Both the position numbers and the translations under genes were made by a program. The notes beneath the pieces were generated by a model, which worked only from the letters and a program-made list of their open reading frames with translations, ran no database searches and was not told the DNA's origin. Positions 32,001-40,542 of a DNA stretch of 64,000 bases are shown one piece after another (position 1 is the stretch's first letter; every line of letters starts with the position of its first letter). This DNA comes from a virus. The stretch spans positions 64,001 to 128,000 of the IMG/VR virus record IMGVR_UViG_3300040856_003054. One strand, given 5' to 3'.

Positions 32001-35000
32001 GATCTGCTGGTGATTTTTAACAGCAACCCCGACAAAGTGTATCATTATGCTTTTGAGGATGATGGTGCTGCTGCTCGCTGGATTGATCTTCTGAGTGATG
32101 AAGAATCCCGCAATGCAACATCTTGGGGTCGTGAATTGCATCGTGCATTGAAGCACGGTGACCTCGAAACTGTCGAGGTGTGACAATCTGAAAACCCGCA
32201 CAAGGGGGATTGCAAAGTCCCCCATTACCTGCAATACTTAAAGAGTCAAAGGAATCGCAACCAAATGACTGAGTTTCCAACACTCCAATCCAAAGATGGG
32301 ACGATGATTGTATCATTCTATCCCATCAAAGTTCCATTTGGTAACATCAGCGAAACCTGGACACTTAAGGTTCTTGAGTGGGAGGGTATTGAGACAATCT
32401 CCAAGAAATGTATCAACAAAGCAGATCGAATCCGTGAGATTGCTGATCGTCTTGCCCATGATTATGTTGTTGTCAAAGATAACACGAATCTCCCCCAACT
32501 TGCCAACCCTATGATGGGTGCTTGCTGATTATGAAGTTCATTGGTAACTGCATTAACTCTTTTGATGAGAATGGTGATTGTATCATCCCTTCACTTCCAT
32601 TCGCAAATGTTACTGAATTTGCTCAACTTGTGGAAGAAAGTGATAATGTAGAGATTGGTGATTTTATCATTCAATACGACGAAGAAACCGACGTTCATTC
32701 GTTCTACTTTAACTGATTATGCAATTCCAAGTTACTGAAATTGAGTTCGATTTCACTGATGATCTTGATGATGAAGCACTTGATGTTGAAACCCAAGATG
32801 AAATCTACGATGAAGTGATTGGTAGTTTCTGGGAAGCAGATGATGAAGATGACCTCATCGAAGAACTAACATCTGCCTTTGGTTGGTGCATCAAATCCAT
32901 TGATTATCGTCACATTCTAAAATGAGAATCGCACTGTGGAAAGTGTAAAGAATGTGTGCCAGTCAAATCACTGGCACACAAAATGAGCACAGCACCCCAG
33001 ATGGTGTATTCTTAAGAAGTCGAGAGGAACACACCCGATGGCAGTCACCAAAACCGCAAGCAGCAATCGAGTCCACGATAACATCGACGAGAACGATGTT
33101 TGTATCATCAACCTGGGACGCAAGCACAACTTTAACATTCTCCCAGTTGTGATGCGTCAGGAGACCGAAAAAGCAATCCAGTTTGGTTCGATTCTCACGC
33201 CACGTCACTCTATCTGGTTTCCGAAGAAAGCACTGCGTGAGTGTAAAGAAGTGCCTGGAACTTTCACGATTGCGCCTTGGTTTTCTTTCGATTCTTGGGG
33301 TTGCTTGTTTCTGAGCAGCAACATGCGTCGTTCGATGTCTACTCTGGAGTTCTGAATCATGACTGCATTTGTAACACCAAAGAGCAAGAAAGCACGCAAC
33401 CGATTCTGTAACTTAATGGGACAAGAATCGGAGTGTGTGATTGAACAAAACAAAGGTGATCGTGTGTTTCTGCGATCACTGAATGGTAAAAACTTCTTCT
33501 GGGTTAATCTTCTCAACGATTCTGATTGGAGCATTGAACTATGACTTTTGTTGATGCACTTTTTGCTTCTGGTTATGATTATGACAAATACGTTGGTGCA
33601 TTTATGAAAGAAGAATCCAATGGTGATTTGCATACTTATCTTAATGTAGAAGATGATGAATGGATCTATGAAAAGTGTGATGCTGATGATAATGTTCTGT
33701 CTACCGTTCCTTTCACTCTGAACTGATCATGAATCTCTACATTCTCAATGAAGTGCTGTATGATTACACTGATGGAATGTGTGTGATTGCAGCAGAATCT
33801 ATGGGTCGATGTGAACAACTTTTTATGAAAGAGTTTAGTGGTGATTATAATAAAGAAGAGCGACAAAAAGAGTTCAGTGCTGCACCAATTAAAGTGATTG
33901 AAGGTATCAATCATCCTGAAGGAATTGTAAGTTATGTGTATGGAGGTGGTTGAGATGAATCAAGCACAACTCATCAATTCGATTGAACAACAACTTGAAA
34001 ATCTGATGCACTTTGATGGTGATCTTGCCGATGATTTTGAGTTAATGTTGTATGATGATCAAGAGCAACCAATTATCAAGAACTTCACACCACAAGTGTT
34101 AGAACAACTCACTCAAATTGTCTATGAACTTGATAACAACTGATTTTTCTGTGATTTCCTTGTAGCGCATGACCCAACCTACCATGCCACTGAAATTGCA
34201 GAAAAATCACGTTTCTGCTTAAGTGGTGGACTGCGATCTCAGCGAGTCGCATGGTGAGATCTGACAGGATACCAGCAGCAAGCATCAAATCTCACCAGTG
34301 TGCCAATTCAATCTCCGCACACTATTGCTTGATTTCTCATCCGATTCATGGGATTCTATAGAAGTCGAAAGGAACACAACCACATGACCAACGAAATTCT
34401 TCAATCTCTCCCACAGTTTATTCTTGAGATGGATGCTGATTGGGAGATGGTTTGTGACTTTGTTTTGTCACAAGATTCGTCCATGAGATTTGTTAGTGCT
34501 GAAAGTGATTCTCTATGGTTAGCAGTTGAGAAACTTTTCCTGGAGGAGATTGATGCCTGAAATGTTTGCTGTTCAACCTAAGTCATTTGGTGAGTTTGAT
34601 GATTATTCTGCAGAGTATTGTTCAAGTTATGATGATGCTCAAGATGTTGCATTTGATTGGTCTATCAGTGAAGGTGGAGCACCAATGATCATCTGGAGAA
34701 TTACATCGAACAATCCTATTCGCTGGTCTGAGGTGATTGCCTGATGTTCACTATTAAGTATCAAACTCCTTACAATCAATGTGAGTGGAGAACACAAAGT
34801 TTCTCTACACTTGAAGAAGCAAAGAGAATGGTAGAGTTCTATCGTTCTTGTGGATCACCTGCCCAACTTGTTTGAATTATGACAACTGCAATCTTTGATT
34901 CTGCTTTCTTCGGTTATTCTAATCTGCCTGATTTGATTGAGGTTAATGATCAAAAACTGATTCCAATTAAAACTCTAAAGGTATTTCAAAAAGGAACACA

Positions 35001-35630
35001 TTTTGTTCAGTATGCTTGCAAAGTTCTAAAGATTCAGATTCATCGACCAGTCAAAGGTTTGTTGTGTGTAGAAGATCAGTATGCTCAAGTTCTTGAGTAT
35101 TTGTATCTGAATTATAGCAATCCTTCTGGACGTAATGATGCACAAGCAATTCTAAATGTGTTTTCTATTCAATGATCAAATCTCTTCTGAATCTGATACC
35201 AGTCAAACACGGATCTTATACTCAAGAAGGTAATCAGATTCGTCGAACATTCTCATTTGGTTATAGTTACATTATCACCACATGTAAGACATCAAAAGAA
35301 GCACAACGTATCGTAAATCAATTCAATTTGTTATGACTAAAACAAGTTTCTATCAAGGTCAATCGTATTCTAAGTTTGATGCCTATTATGAAGAGGAAGA
35401 TTGTGAGCACGATGATTATATGAGTGCAGAAGATTACGAACGTCGTGAATACTATCGGACTCATGATTGAAACTGATTTCTTTATTCTGAATGGTGAACA
35501 GTATCAAGAGTATTATACTGAAGCAACAAAGGTAGGTGTTACTCTTGATTACTATTTGATGGAGTTTACGGATACTGAAGGACCAGATGTTGTATATGAT
35601 GGAGAGAATTGGGTTGAGATTAGTGAATAA
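29022..35630 (+). CDS. dense array of very small early hypothetical genes in promoter-delimited units
   Basis: Many 45-160 aa + strand ORFs, mostly acidic, separated by palindrome-promoter elements. Confidence 0.65.
30240..30716 (+). CDS. membrane protein
   Basis: Hydrophobic Gly-rich TM segments after a small soluble domain. Confidence 0.7.
   Translation: MATWRAKCWLGSSSGYQELEVQSNTTYGAKEQFKRIYGAEQIINLREVRGESTSGSGIGDVGGTVGLIGLVALCWAFVSFTPWILMGLGGAFGTWVGEQVTGQSIEEYNERDDGLGNKRASVVVALALILGGIGFVKGDEIKKGFDADSVPAEVKKTK
31367..31435 (+). promoter_or_regulatory. palindrome promoter, AAATGAGCACAG subtype
   Basis: GTGACA-N10-TGTCAC, AAATGAGCACAG, TG-TATTAT, AAAGAGTCAAA. Confidence 0.75.
31449..31802 (+). 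CDS. conserved phage hypothetical protein
   Basis: G.KY.K........S.HAF.DK.TG.VYKPAS.KAPAKG.RYN...W.G.YLY pattern. Confidence 0.8.
   Translation: MTTAFADFVAQQDAKNTIQLNIVKYCLMLCDALGHDAPDGYHYSLDSSGRKYHKVFMHIGDRRDSIHAFIDKQTGSVYKPASVKAPAKGQRYNVLSIESREQMFERCDWSGSYLYAR
34141..34297. ncRNA. candidate structured non-coding RNA (three consecutive hairpins)
   Basis: 18-bp stem 34141-34158/34192-34209 with two G-U pairs; tgcga/tcgca hairpin; stem 34252-34264/34285-34297; no ORF. Confidence 0.45.
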
Positions 35631-35725
35631 ATAGTGATGCTTAAATGAGTCGCATCTTTAAGTAGAGAGGGGGCAGAAATGCTCCTTTTCTTGTATAAAT
35701 AATACTGCGACTCTTTAAGACAAGA
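35627..35725 (+). ncRNA. endonuclease-leader cassette 6
   Basis: ATAAATA 35627; stem tgcttaaa/tttaagta; cttaaatgagtcgca 35640-35654 complementary to tgcgactctttaag 35706-35719; terminator ggggca-gaaa-tgctcc-tttt; TATAAATA 35694. Confidence 0.6.
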
Positions 35726-36490
35726 ATGAATAACAAGTATTACACTTACGCCTATTTGCGTGAAGATGGAACTCCCTATTATATTGGAAAAGGAGAAGGG
35801 AATCGTGCATATAAAAAGCAACATAATTGCCCTGTTCCAAAAGATAGAAATCGCATCATCTTTCTTAAACAAAATCTTTGTGAAGAAGAAGCACTTAGAC
35901 ACGAAACTTATCTAATAGCAGTTCTTGGTAGGAAAGATTTAGGAACTGGAATCTTACGCAATTTGACTGATGGTGGAGAAGGTGTGAGTGGAGTTGTTTG
36001 GACTGAAGAAAGGAGAAAAAGTTTTAGTGAATATAAAAAGAAAAATCCATCTATTATGTCTGATGAATATATTGAAAGATTGAGAAGAAGGATGAAAAAC
36101 TTCAGTCACACTGATGAAGCAAAGGATAAAATAAGCAGAGCAAATAGTGGTAGAAAATGGGATGAAGATAGTAGGAAAAGAGGAAGTATTGCACAAAAAG
36201 AAAGATATAAAAAAGGCAACAATTCTCTTGCTAATCTCACTCCAGAAAAGAGAAAGGAAATTGTGCAAAAGTCAAATGAAACTAATAAGAAAAATGGAAC
36301 AGGCGCCTGGGGTTTAAGTGAAGAAGAAAGAAGAGAAAGAGCAAAGAAAAACTATCACAAAACTCTTGGAGTTGTTAATTCTACAATGTGGAAATGTTTA
36401 GTAACTGGAAAGATTACAAATGCAGGAGCATTGACAGGTTATCAGAAAGCAAGAGGAATTGATATTTCATTAAGAGAGAAAATTGTATAA
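35726..36490 (+). CDS. GIY-YIG-family homing endonuclease
   Basis: YYTYAYLREDGTPYYIGKG.G.RAY, N.TDGGEG; C-terminal WKCL.TG...NAG.L..YQK.R.ID domain shared with 4923..5744. Confidence 0.85.
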   Translation: MNNKYYTYAYLREDGTPYYIGKGEGNRAYKKQHNCPVPKDRNRIIFLKQNLCEEEALRHETYLIAVLGRKDLGTGILRNLTDGGEGVSGVVWTEERRKSFSEYKKKNPSIMSDEYIERLRRRMKNFSHTDEAKDKISRANSGRKWDEDSRKRGSIAQKERYKKGNNSLANLTPEKRKEIVQKSNETNKKNGTGAWGLSEEERRERAKKNYHKTLGVVNSTMWKCLVTGKITNAGALTGYQKARGIDISLREKIV

Positions 36491-36957
36491 AATCTTTGTT
36501 TTTATGGTCAAATAGTGCTAAAAAGTAATAAAAACGTTAATAAATGTATTTTTAAATGTATATGAATGTTTTTAATCGCTGATAATTATTCTTATTAAAT
36601 GGTGATAATAATACTGATTCGTATCAGATAGTAGGTGTTTATTGTCTTATAAATGTCTCTCTGAGTCCTTATTTGACCTTTTAAATGTGCTCAGGTCTTG
36701 TGATTATGCCCTTATAAAGTATCAATTAAACTCCTTAAATGTCTTATAAATGTGTCGAGGTCTTGTGATCTTAGGCCCCACTGTAACACGAACGACCCCA
36801 AAATGTCAAGCACCCCGAAATAAAACTCCACAACCCCGTCATAAAACCCACACAGACCCCGCAAAAACATCACCAGACCCCCATAAATACGCTCAACCCC
36901 CTTGACATAAAACCCACAGCATCTTAGAGTATTTCTATACACATCAGGAGCACACTT
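36491..36957. other. long non-coding region with TAAATGT repeats, C-run array and divergent sigma70-like promoters
   Basis: See findings; TTGACA-17-TAGAGT on + (36902) and TTGACA-18-TACAGT on - (36809). Confidence 0.5.
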
Positions 36958-37131
36958 ATGTCAGTTGCGTATTCTCAAGCACAGAAGCAGCGTTATAGGG
37001 TCACTCTAGATCTATCAGTGTTCGGTGACTTCGACCCACATCAGATTGACTGGGAGAAGTTATTTAAGTTAGAACCTGCAGAGAAGTGTGATGCTTATGT
37101 TGAGGACCTAAGTGTACCTGATAAGTGGTAA
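36958..37131 (+). CDS. 57-aa hypothetical protein (not in ORF track)
   Basis: AGGAG RBS; MSVAYSQAQKQRYRVTLDLSVFGDFDPHQIDWEKLF... Confidence 0.7.
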   Translation: MSVAYSQAQKQRYRVTLDLSVFGDFDPHQIDWEKLFKLEPAEKCDAYVEDLSVPDKW

Positions 37132-37237
37132 GTTGCTCTGATTGTTGATACCATGTGCCAAAAGTACTAGTGTCACAATAAATGAGCACAGCACCCAAAA
37201 TCATGTATTCTATAAGGGTCGAGATCACCACACAGCA

Positions 37238-37552
37238 ATGCGCAAGATCGAAACCCTGATGAATGAAGCAGTGACTGAAGCACTGAACTGGAAAAGTGGC
37301 AACACTGAGGTGAAAACAGATCTTTCAAATAACTCCCGTGTGTTTCTTCACGGCAACCATATTGCAACCATTGGTGAGGGTTTCATTCAGTTATTTGATG
37401 GAGGTTGGCGTACAGCAACGACTAAATCACGCCTCAATTCTTTACTCTTTGCTCACGGTGCTGATGATAAAGTATTCCAGAAGAAAGGAGAGTGGTTTGT
37501 GTCAACTAACAGCGGCACAGTTAAGTTCACCACTGGTATGATTCTCTGGTGA
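37238..37552 (+). CDS. conserved phage hypothetical protein
   Basis: MRKIE..M..A, NT.V, V.LHGN.IA, DGGW.T.TTKSRLN, QK...WF. Confidence 0.8.
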   Translation: MRKIETLMNEAVTEALNWKSGNTEVKTDLSNNSRVFLHGNHIATIGEGFIQLFDGGWRTATTKSRLNSLLFAHGADDKVFQKKGEWFVSTNSGTVKFTTGMILW

Positions 37553-37647
37553 TTGTTTATACCTTGTGCCAGTCAGATCTCTGGCACAAGACCCCTTGAG
37601 ATCTCCACCGATCTCTGCAATACTTAAAGAGTCAAAGAACGACACCG

Positions 37648-37956
37648 ATGCAACTCCAAGACCTCTACAAAAACATCACCCTCACTGAGGAACTTGCACT
37701 GGAAAACTATCAGCAACGCAATGGGGTTGTTGATTATAAACTGCCTGGGGAGTGTAATCATTACTTCGCAAAGTATGATTTGAATGGCACTCGCATCGGT
37801 GAGATCTGCCTGACCTGTAAAGTTGCCAAGAGTGTAAAAGGTCAGTTGCGTTATACTTTCCAGATCGACGGTAAGAGAGTTTCAAAGGCGCAGATTGATC
37901 ACTCTATGATCTATCGGGGCGCGATTGAAGGTTATGCTCCTGGCACCTACTTCTGA
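37648..37956 (+). CDS. hypothetical protein
   Basis: ORF between two promoter elements. Confidence 0.7.
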   Translation: MQLQDLYKNITLTEELALENYQQRNGVVDYKLPGECNHYFAKYDLNGTRIGEICLTCKVAKSVKGQLRYTFQIDGKRVSKAQIDHSMIYRGAIEGYAPGTYF

Positions 37957-38063
37957 GGTGTGACAATCGGGGAACTGGTCAGAACCCCTTGACCTGATCC
38001 CCCAGATACCATAAGATAGGTTCATCGGGGGGAGGAAACGAACCCCACACAATCTTCACTCTC

Positions 38064-38315
38064 ATGAGCACCACTTTCCAGACCAACATCACCGACACCA
38101 ACTATAACGGTTGGACCAATTATGAAACCTGGAATGTATCTCTGTGGATTCAGAATGATCCTGGTTTGTATTATTTCGCCAAGGATTGTGAGTCCTACGA
38201 TGATCTGATCTCTGGTCTTTATGATTGTGGTTCTACTGAAACCCCTGACGGTGTGAAGTGGAATGATTCTAAGATCAACCACATTGAGATCAACGAAATG
38301 CTGGAAGATCTCTGA
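38064..38315 (+). CDS. conserved phage hypothetical protein
   Basis: YNGWTNYETWNV.LW..ND, TPDGV.W. Confidence 0.8.
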   Translation: MSTTFQTNITDTNYNGWTNYETWNVSLWIQNDPGLYYFAKDCESYDDLISGLYDCGSTETPDGVKWNDSKINHIEINEMLEDL

Positions 38316-38351
38316 TCTCCAGTCACACCAACCCCACCACACTTTCCTCTC

Positions 38352-38754
38352 ATGACTGTTACCCAGTTCGCAACACTGTCTAACATCGACCTTGCAATTG
38401 CTGAGGTTCAAGGTAAAGTTAAGGTGACACGGTTAGCAACAGTGAAACCCCGTAAGTCTGACCTGATAATGACACAAACTAAGGGGAATCGTTGTAGAAC
38501 TAACCGTAGCAGTGGCACTAACTTTGTGACACAAGTTCGCTGAGTTAGTGACACAAACAGTCCTGAGTATGACTCTAAACTACTCACACACAGTTCTCTA
38601 CTCTTTCTTCTACATTATGACCCGCTCGATTGCACTTTCTCTTCTGAATCAAGCATCTAACGGCACTGAACTTCTGTCCATTCTGGATGTTATCATGAGT
38701 GATGAATCTGCGGTAAGTAACAACGAACCCACTGCAGATAGCATCGAGTTCTGA
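38352..38754 (+). CDS. two small hypothetical genes (38352..38543, 38617..38754)
   Basis: ORFs at the end of the early region, followed by a hairpin at 38758-38803. Confidence 0.6.
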
Positions 38755-39220
38755 TCGTTAACTGGGTGGGGATTTAGGTATTCTTTCTCCCCGCCCTCAG
38801 TTATATCATGAATTAGATGTTTGAGTGATTATAATTAAACAGTGGTGATTGATTGTTTATTCGTGCAATCGCAGTTTATTCGTATTCTTATTCGCAGTTA
38901 ATTTATATCGTTGTTTATTGTTTATATCGGGCGATGCGGTTATAAAAATCGATAACTACCCTAACCTACACTGTATGTCTTTTTCGACCTCTAAATATCA
39001 ATCTCATAAAAATTTTCCGAAGGTATGACAGCACTCAAAAACCGCCACCATAGAAATCCTTATTGGAATTTTTGGAGAGTGATACTCGCAGGTTGGATAA
39101 TCAGATATCCAAAGACAATGAGTAGAGTGATACTAGTTCCTCTTGGGTTTTTGATAGTACTGATATATAATGCGATAGTAAATTAAGATTTGCGCAAAAA
39201 ATTCCGGAGATATTTTTCAT

Positions 39221-39412
39221 ATGGAAAAGGTCTATCACATCTATGCAAAAGATAGATGTTTATTTCATTCAGTAAAAGAAGATGAATTCATAACAACTTG
39301 GAATACCCTCAATAATATGGTTGGTTTAATGAAAACCGACTATAGTGTTGAGGATTTATCGTATGAAGAATTGACTGTAAATAAAGACACAATATTGAAT
39401 TCATCGCATTGA
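39221..39412 (+). CDS. hypothetical cyanophage protein
   Basis: ORF track; YHIYAK..C, L.YEEL. Confidence 0.7.
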   Translation: MEKVYHIYAKDRCLFHSVKEDEFITTWNTLNNMVGLMKTDYSVEDLSYEELTVNKDTILNSSH

Positions 39413-39462
39413 CAAAGACATATATACACTGTTAAAATTGACATTGAAGGTTTATTTCTCTT

Positions 39463-40233
39463 ATGGCAAAAGGATTTACTGTTAAAGCTGCTGCTCCCAC
39501 AAAAAAGACAGAAGCAGAGTGGGATTATGGTGCAATTAAAGAACGAATGAAAGGTAAGACAATTGTATTTTGTCTTCCTGGTCGTGGATGTTCTTTTATC
39601 TTTCTGAAGAACTTTGTGCAACTGTGCTTTGATATGGTACAGAATGGAATGAGTATTCAGATTTCTCAAGATTATTCTTCGATGGTTAACTTTGCACGCT
39701 GTAAAGTATTAGGTGCAAATGTTCTCCGTGGTCCGAAGCAAATTCCTTGGGACGGTAAACTACAATATGATTATCAACTTTGGATTGATAGTGACATTGT
39801 ATTCACCACAGAAAAGTTCTGGCAATTGTGTGACGTTGCATTTCCTGCAGAAGGTGAGGATCGTCCTATCAGTGCTGGATGGTATGCAACAGAAGATGGT
39901 CACACAACCTCAGTAGCACACTGGTTGGAAGAAGATGATTTCCGCAAGAATGGTGGAGTCATGAACCACGAAACTGTGGAATCGATCAGCAAGCGTAAGA
40001 AGCCATTCACTGTGGACTACACAGGTTTTGGATGGGTGCTCATTAAGAAGGGTGTCTTTGAGAACCTTGAGTATCCTTGGTTTGCTCCGAAGATGCAAGT
40101 CTTTGAGTCCGGAGCTGTTCAGGATATGTGTGGAGAGGATGTATCATTCTGTCTTGATGCAATTGAAAAGGGTTATGAGATCTGGTGCGATCCTCGTATC
40201 AGAGTGGGACATGAAAAAACTCGTATTATCTGA
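39463..40233 (+). CDS. GT-A fold glycosyltransferase-like conserved cyanophage protein
   Basis: YDYQLWIDSDIVF (DxD), GFGWVLIK.GVFE, GEDVSFC, GHEK; TTGACA..TAAAAT promoter at 39409-39438. Confidence 0.8.
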   Translation: MAKGFTVKAAAPTKKTEAEWDYGAIKERMKGKTIVFCLPGRGCSFIFLKNFVQLCFDMVQNGMSIQISQDYSSMVNFARCKVLGANVLRGPKQIPWDGKLQYDYQLWIDSDIVFTTEKFWQLCDVAFPAEGEDRPISAGWYATEDGHTTSVAHWLEEDDFRKNGGVMNHETVESISKRKKPFTVDYTGFGWVLIKKGVFENLEYPWFAPKMQVFESGAVQDMCGEDVSFCLDAIEKGYEIWCDPRIRVGHEKTRII

Positions 40234-40381
40234 TGAAACAATACAACGTACTTTACAAAGGACGTAAAATTTATACAAACCTCAGTGCAGAAGAGTGTAC
40301 TGAGGTTCTTCAAGAACTTTCTGAGCGTTTTTACTCGGAAGAGGATTTTGATCTAAATTTAATTGAAATGGAGGAAGTTTA

Positions 40382-40516
40382 ATGGCACTCAAAGGTAATC
40401 TGTTCCAATCTGGAGCACCTAAGAAAACACGTCAAGGTTGTTCTTCTCGTACACTACTCAGTGCGACCTCTCGTAATGGTCGTAAAAAGAAGTATCGTGG
40501 ACAAGGTAAAGGTTAA
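40382..40516 (+). CDS. 44-aa very basic protein (not in ORF track)
   Basis: GGAGG RBS; PKKTRQG...SATSRN...KKYRGQG. Confidence 0.65.
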   Translation: MALKGNLFQSGAPKKTRQGCSSRTLLSATSRNGRKKKYRGQGKG

Positions 40517-40542
40517 ATATTAATAGATCTGTAAGTTGATAC

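Larger units (their letters stand above)
1441..38017 (+). repeat. dispersed 22-bp palindrome GTGNCA-N10-TGNCAC plus sigma70 -10 box (early promoter element), ~23 copies
   Basis: Copies start at 1441, 3854, 4472, 5744, 10194, 16549, 17992, 22041, 25919, 27108, 28943, 29186, 29586, 31367, 31818, 32180, 32956, 34300, 37155, 37566, 37960; right half-sites only at 8987 and 16313. A TANNNT-like -10 box follows 29-31 nt later in each. Confidence 0.85.

Noticed and set aside
3159-36490. Endonucleases as group I intron or intein encoded
   Set aside because: No interrupted host gene or intron core visible; each has its own promoter and flanking genes appear complete
36712-36942. 76-aa minus-strand ORF in the non-coding region
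   Set aside because: By-product of G-run repeats and overlaps the putative promoters
29186-37981. Palindrome as a CRP (TGTGA-N6-TCACA) or NtcA (GTA-N8-TAC) site
   Set aside because: Half-site spacing is longer and the consensus differs
1441-38017. TGGCAC as a sigma54 -24 box
   Set aside because: No correctly spaced TTGC -12 box; the motif is half of a palindrome followed by sigma70 -10 boxes; cyanobacteria lack sigma54
1441-38017. Repeats as a CRISPR array or integron attC sites
   Set aside because: Separated by whole genes of irregular length, too degenerate, no GTTRRRY cores, and no cas or integrase in the window
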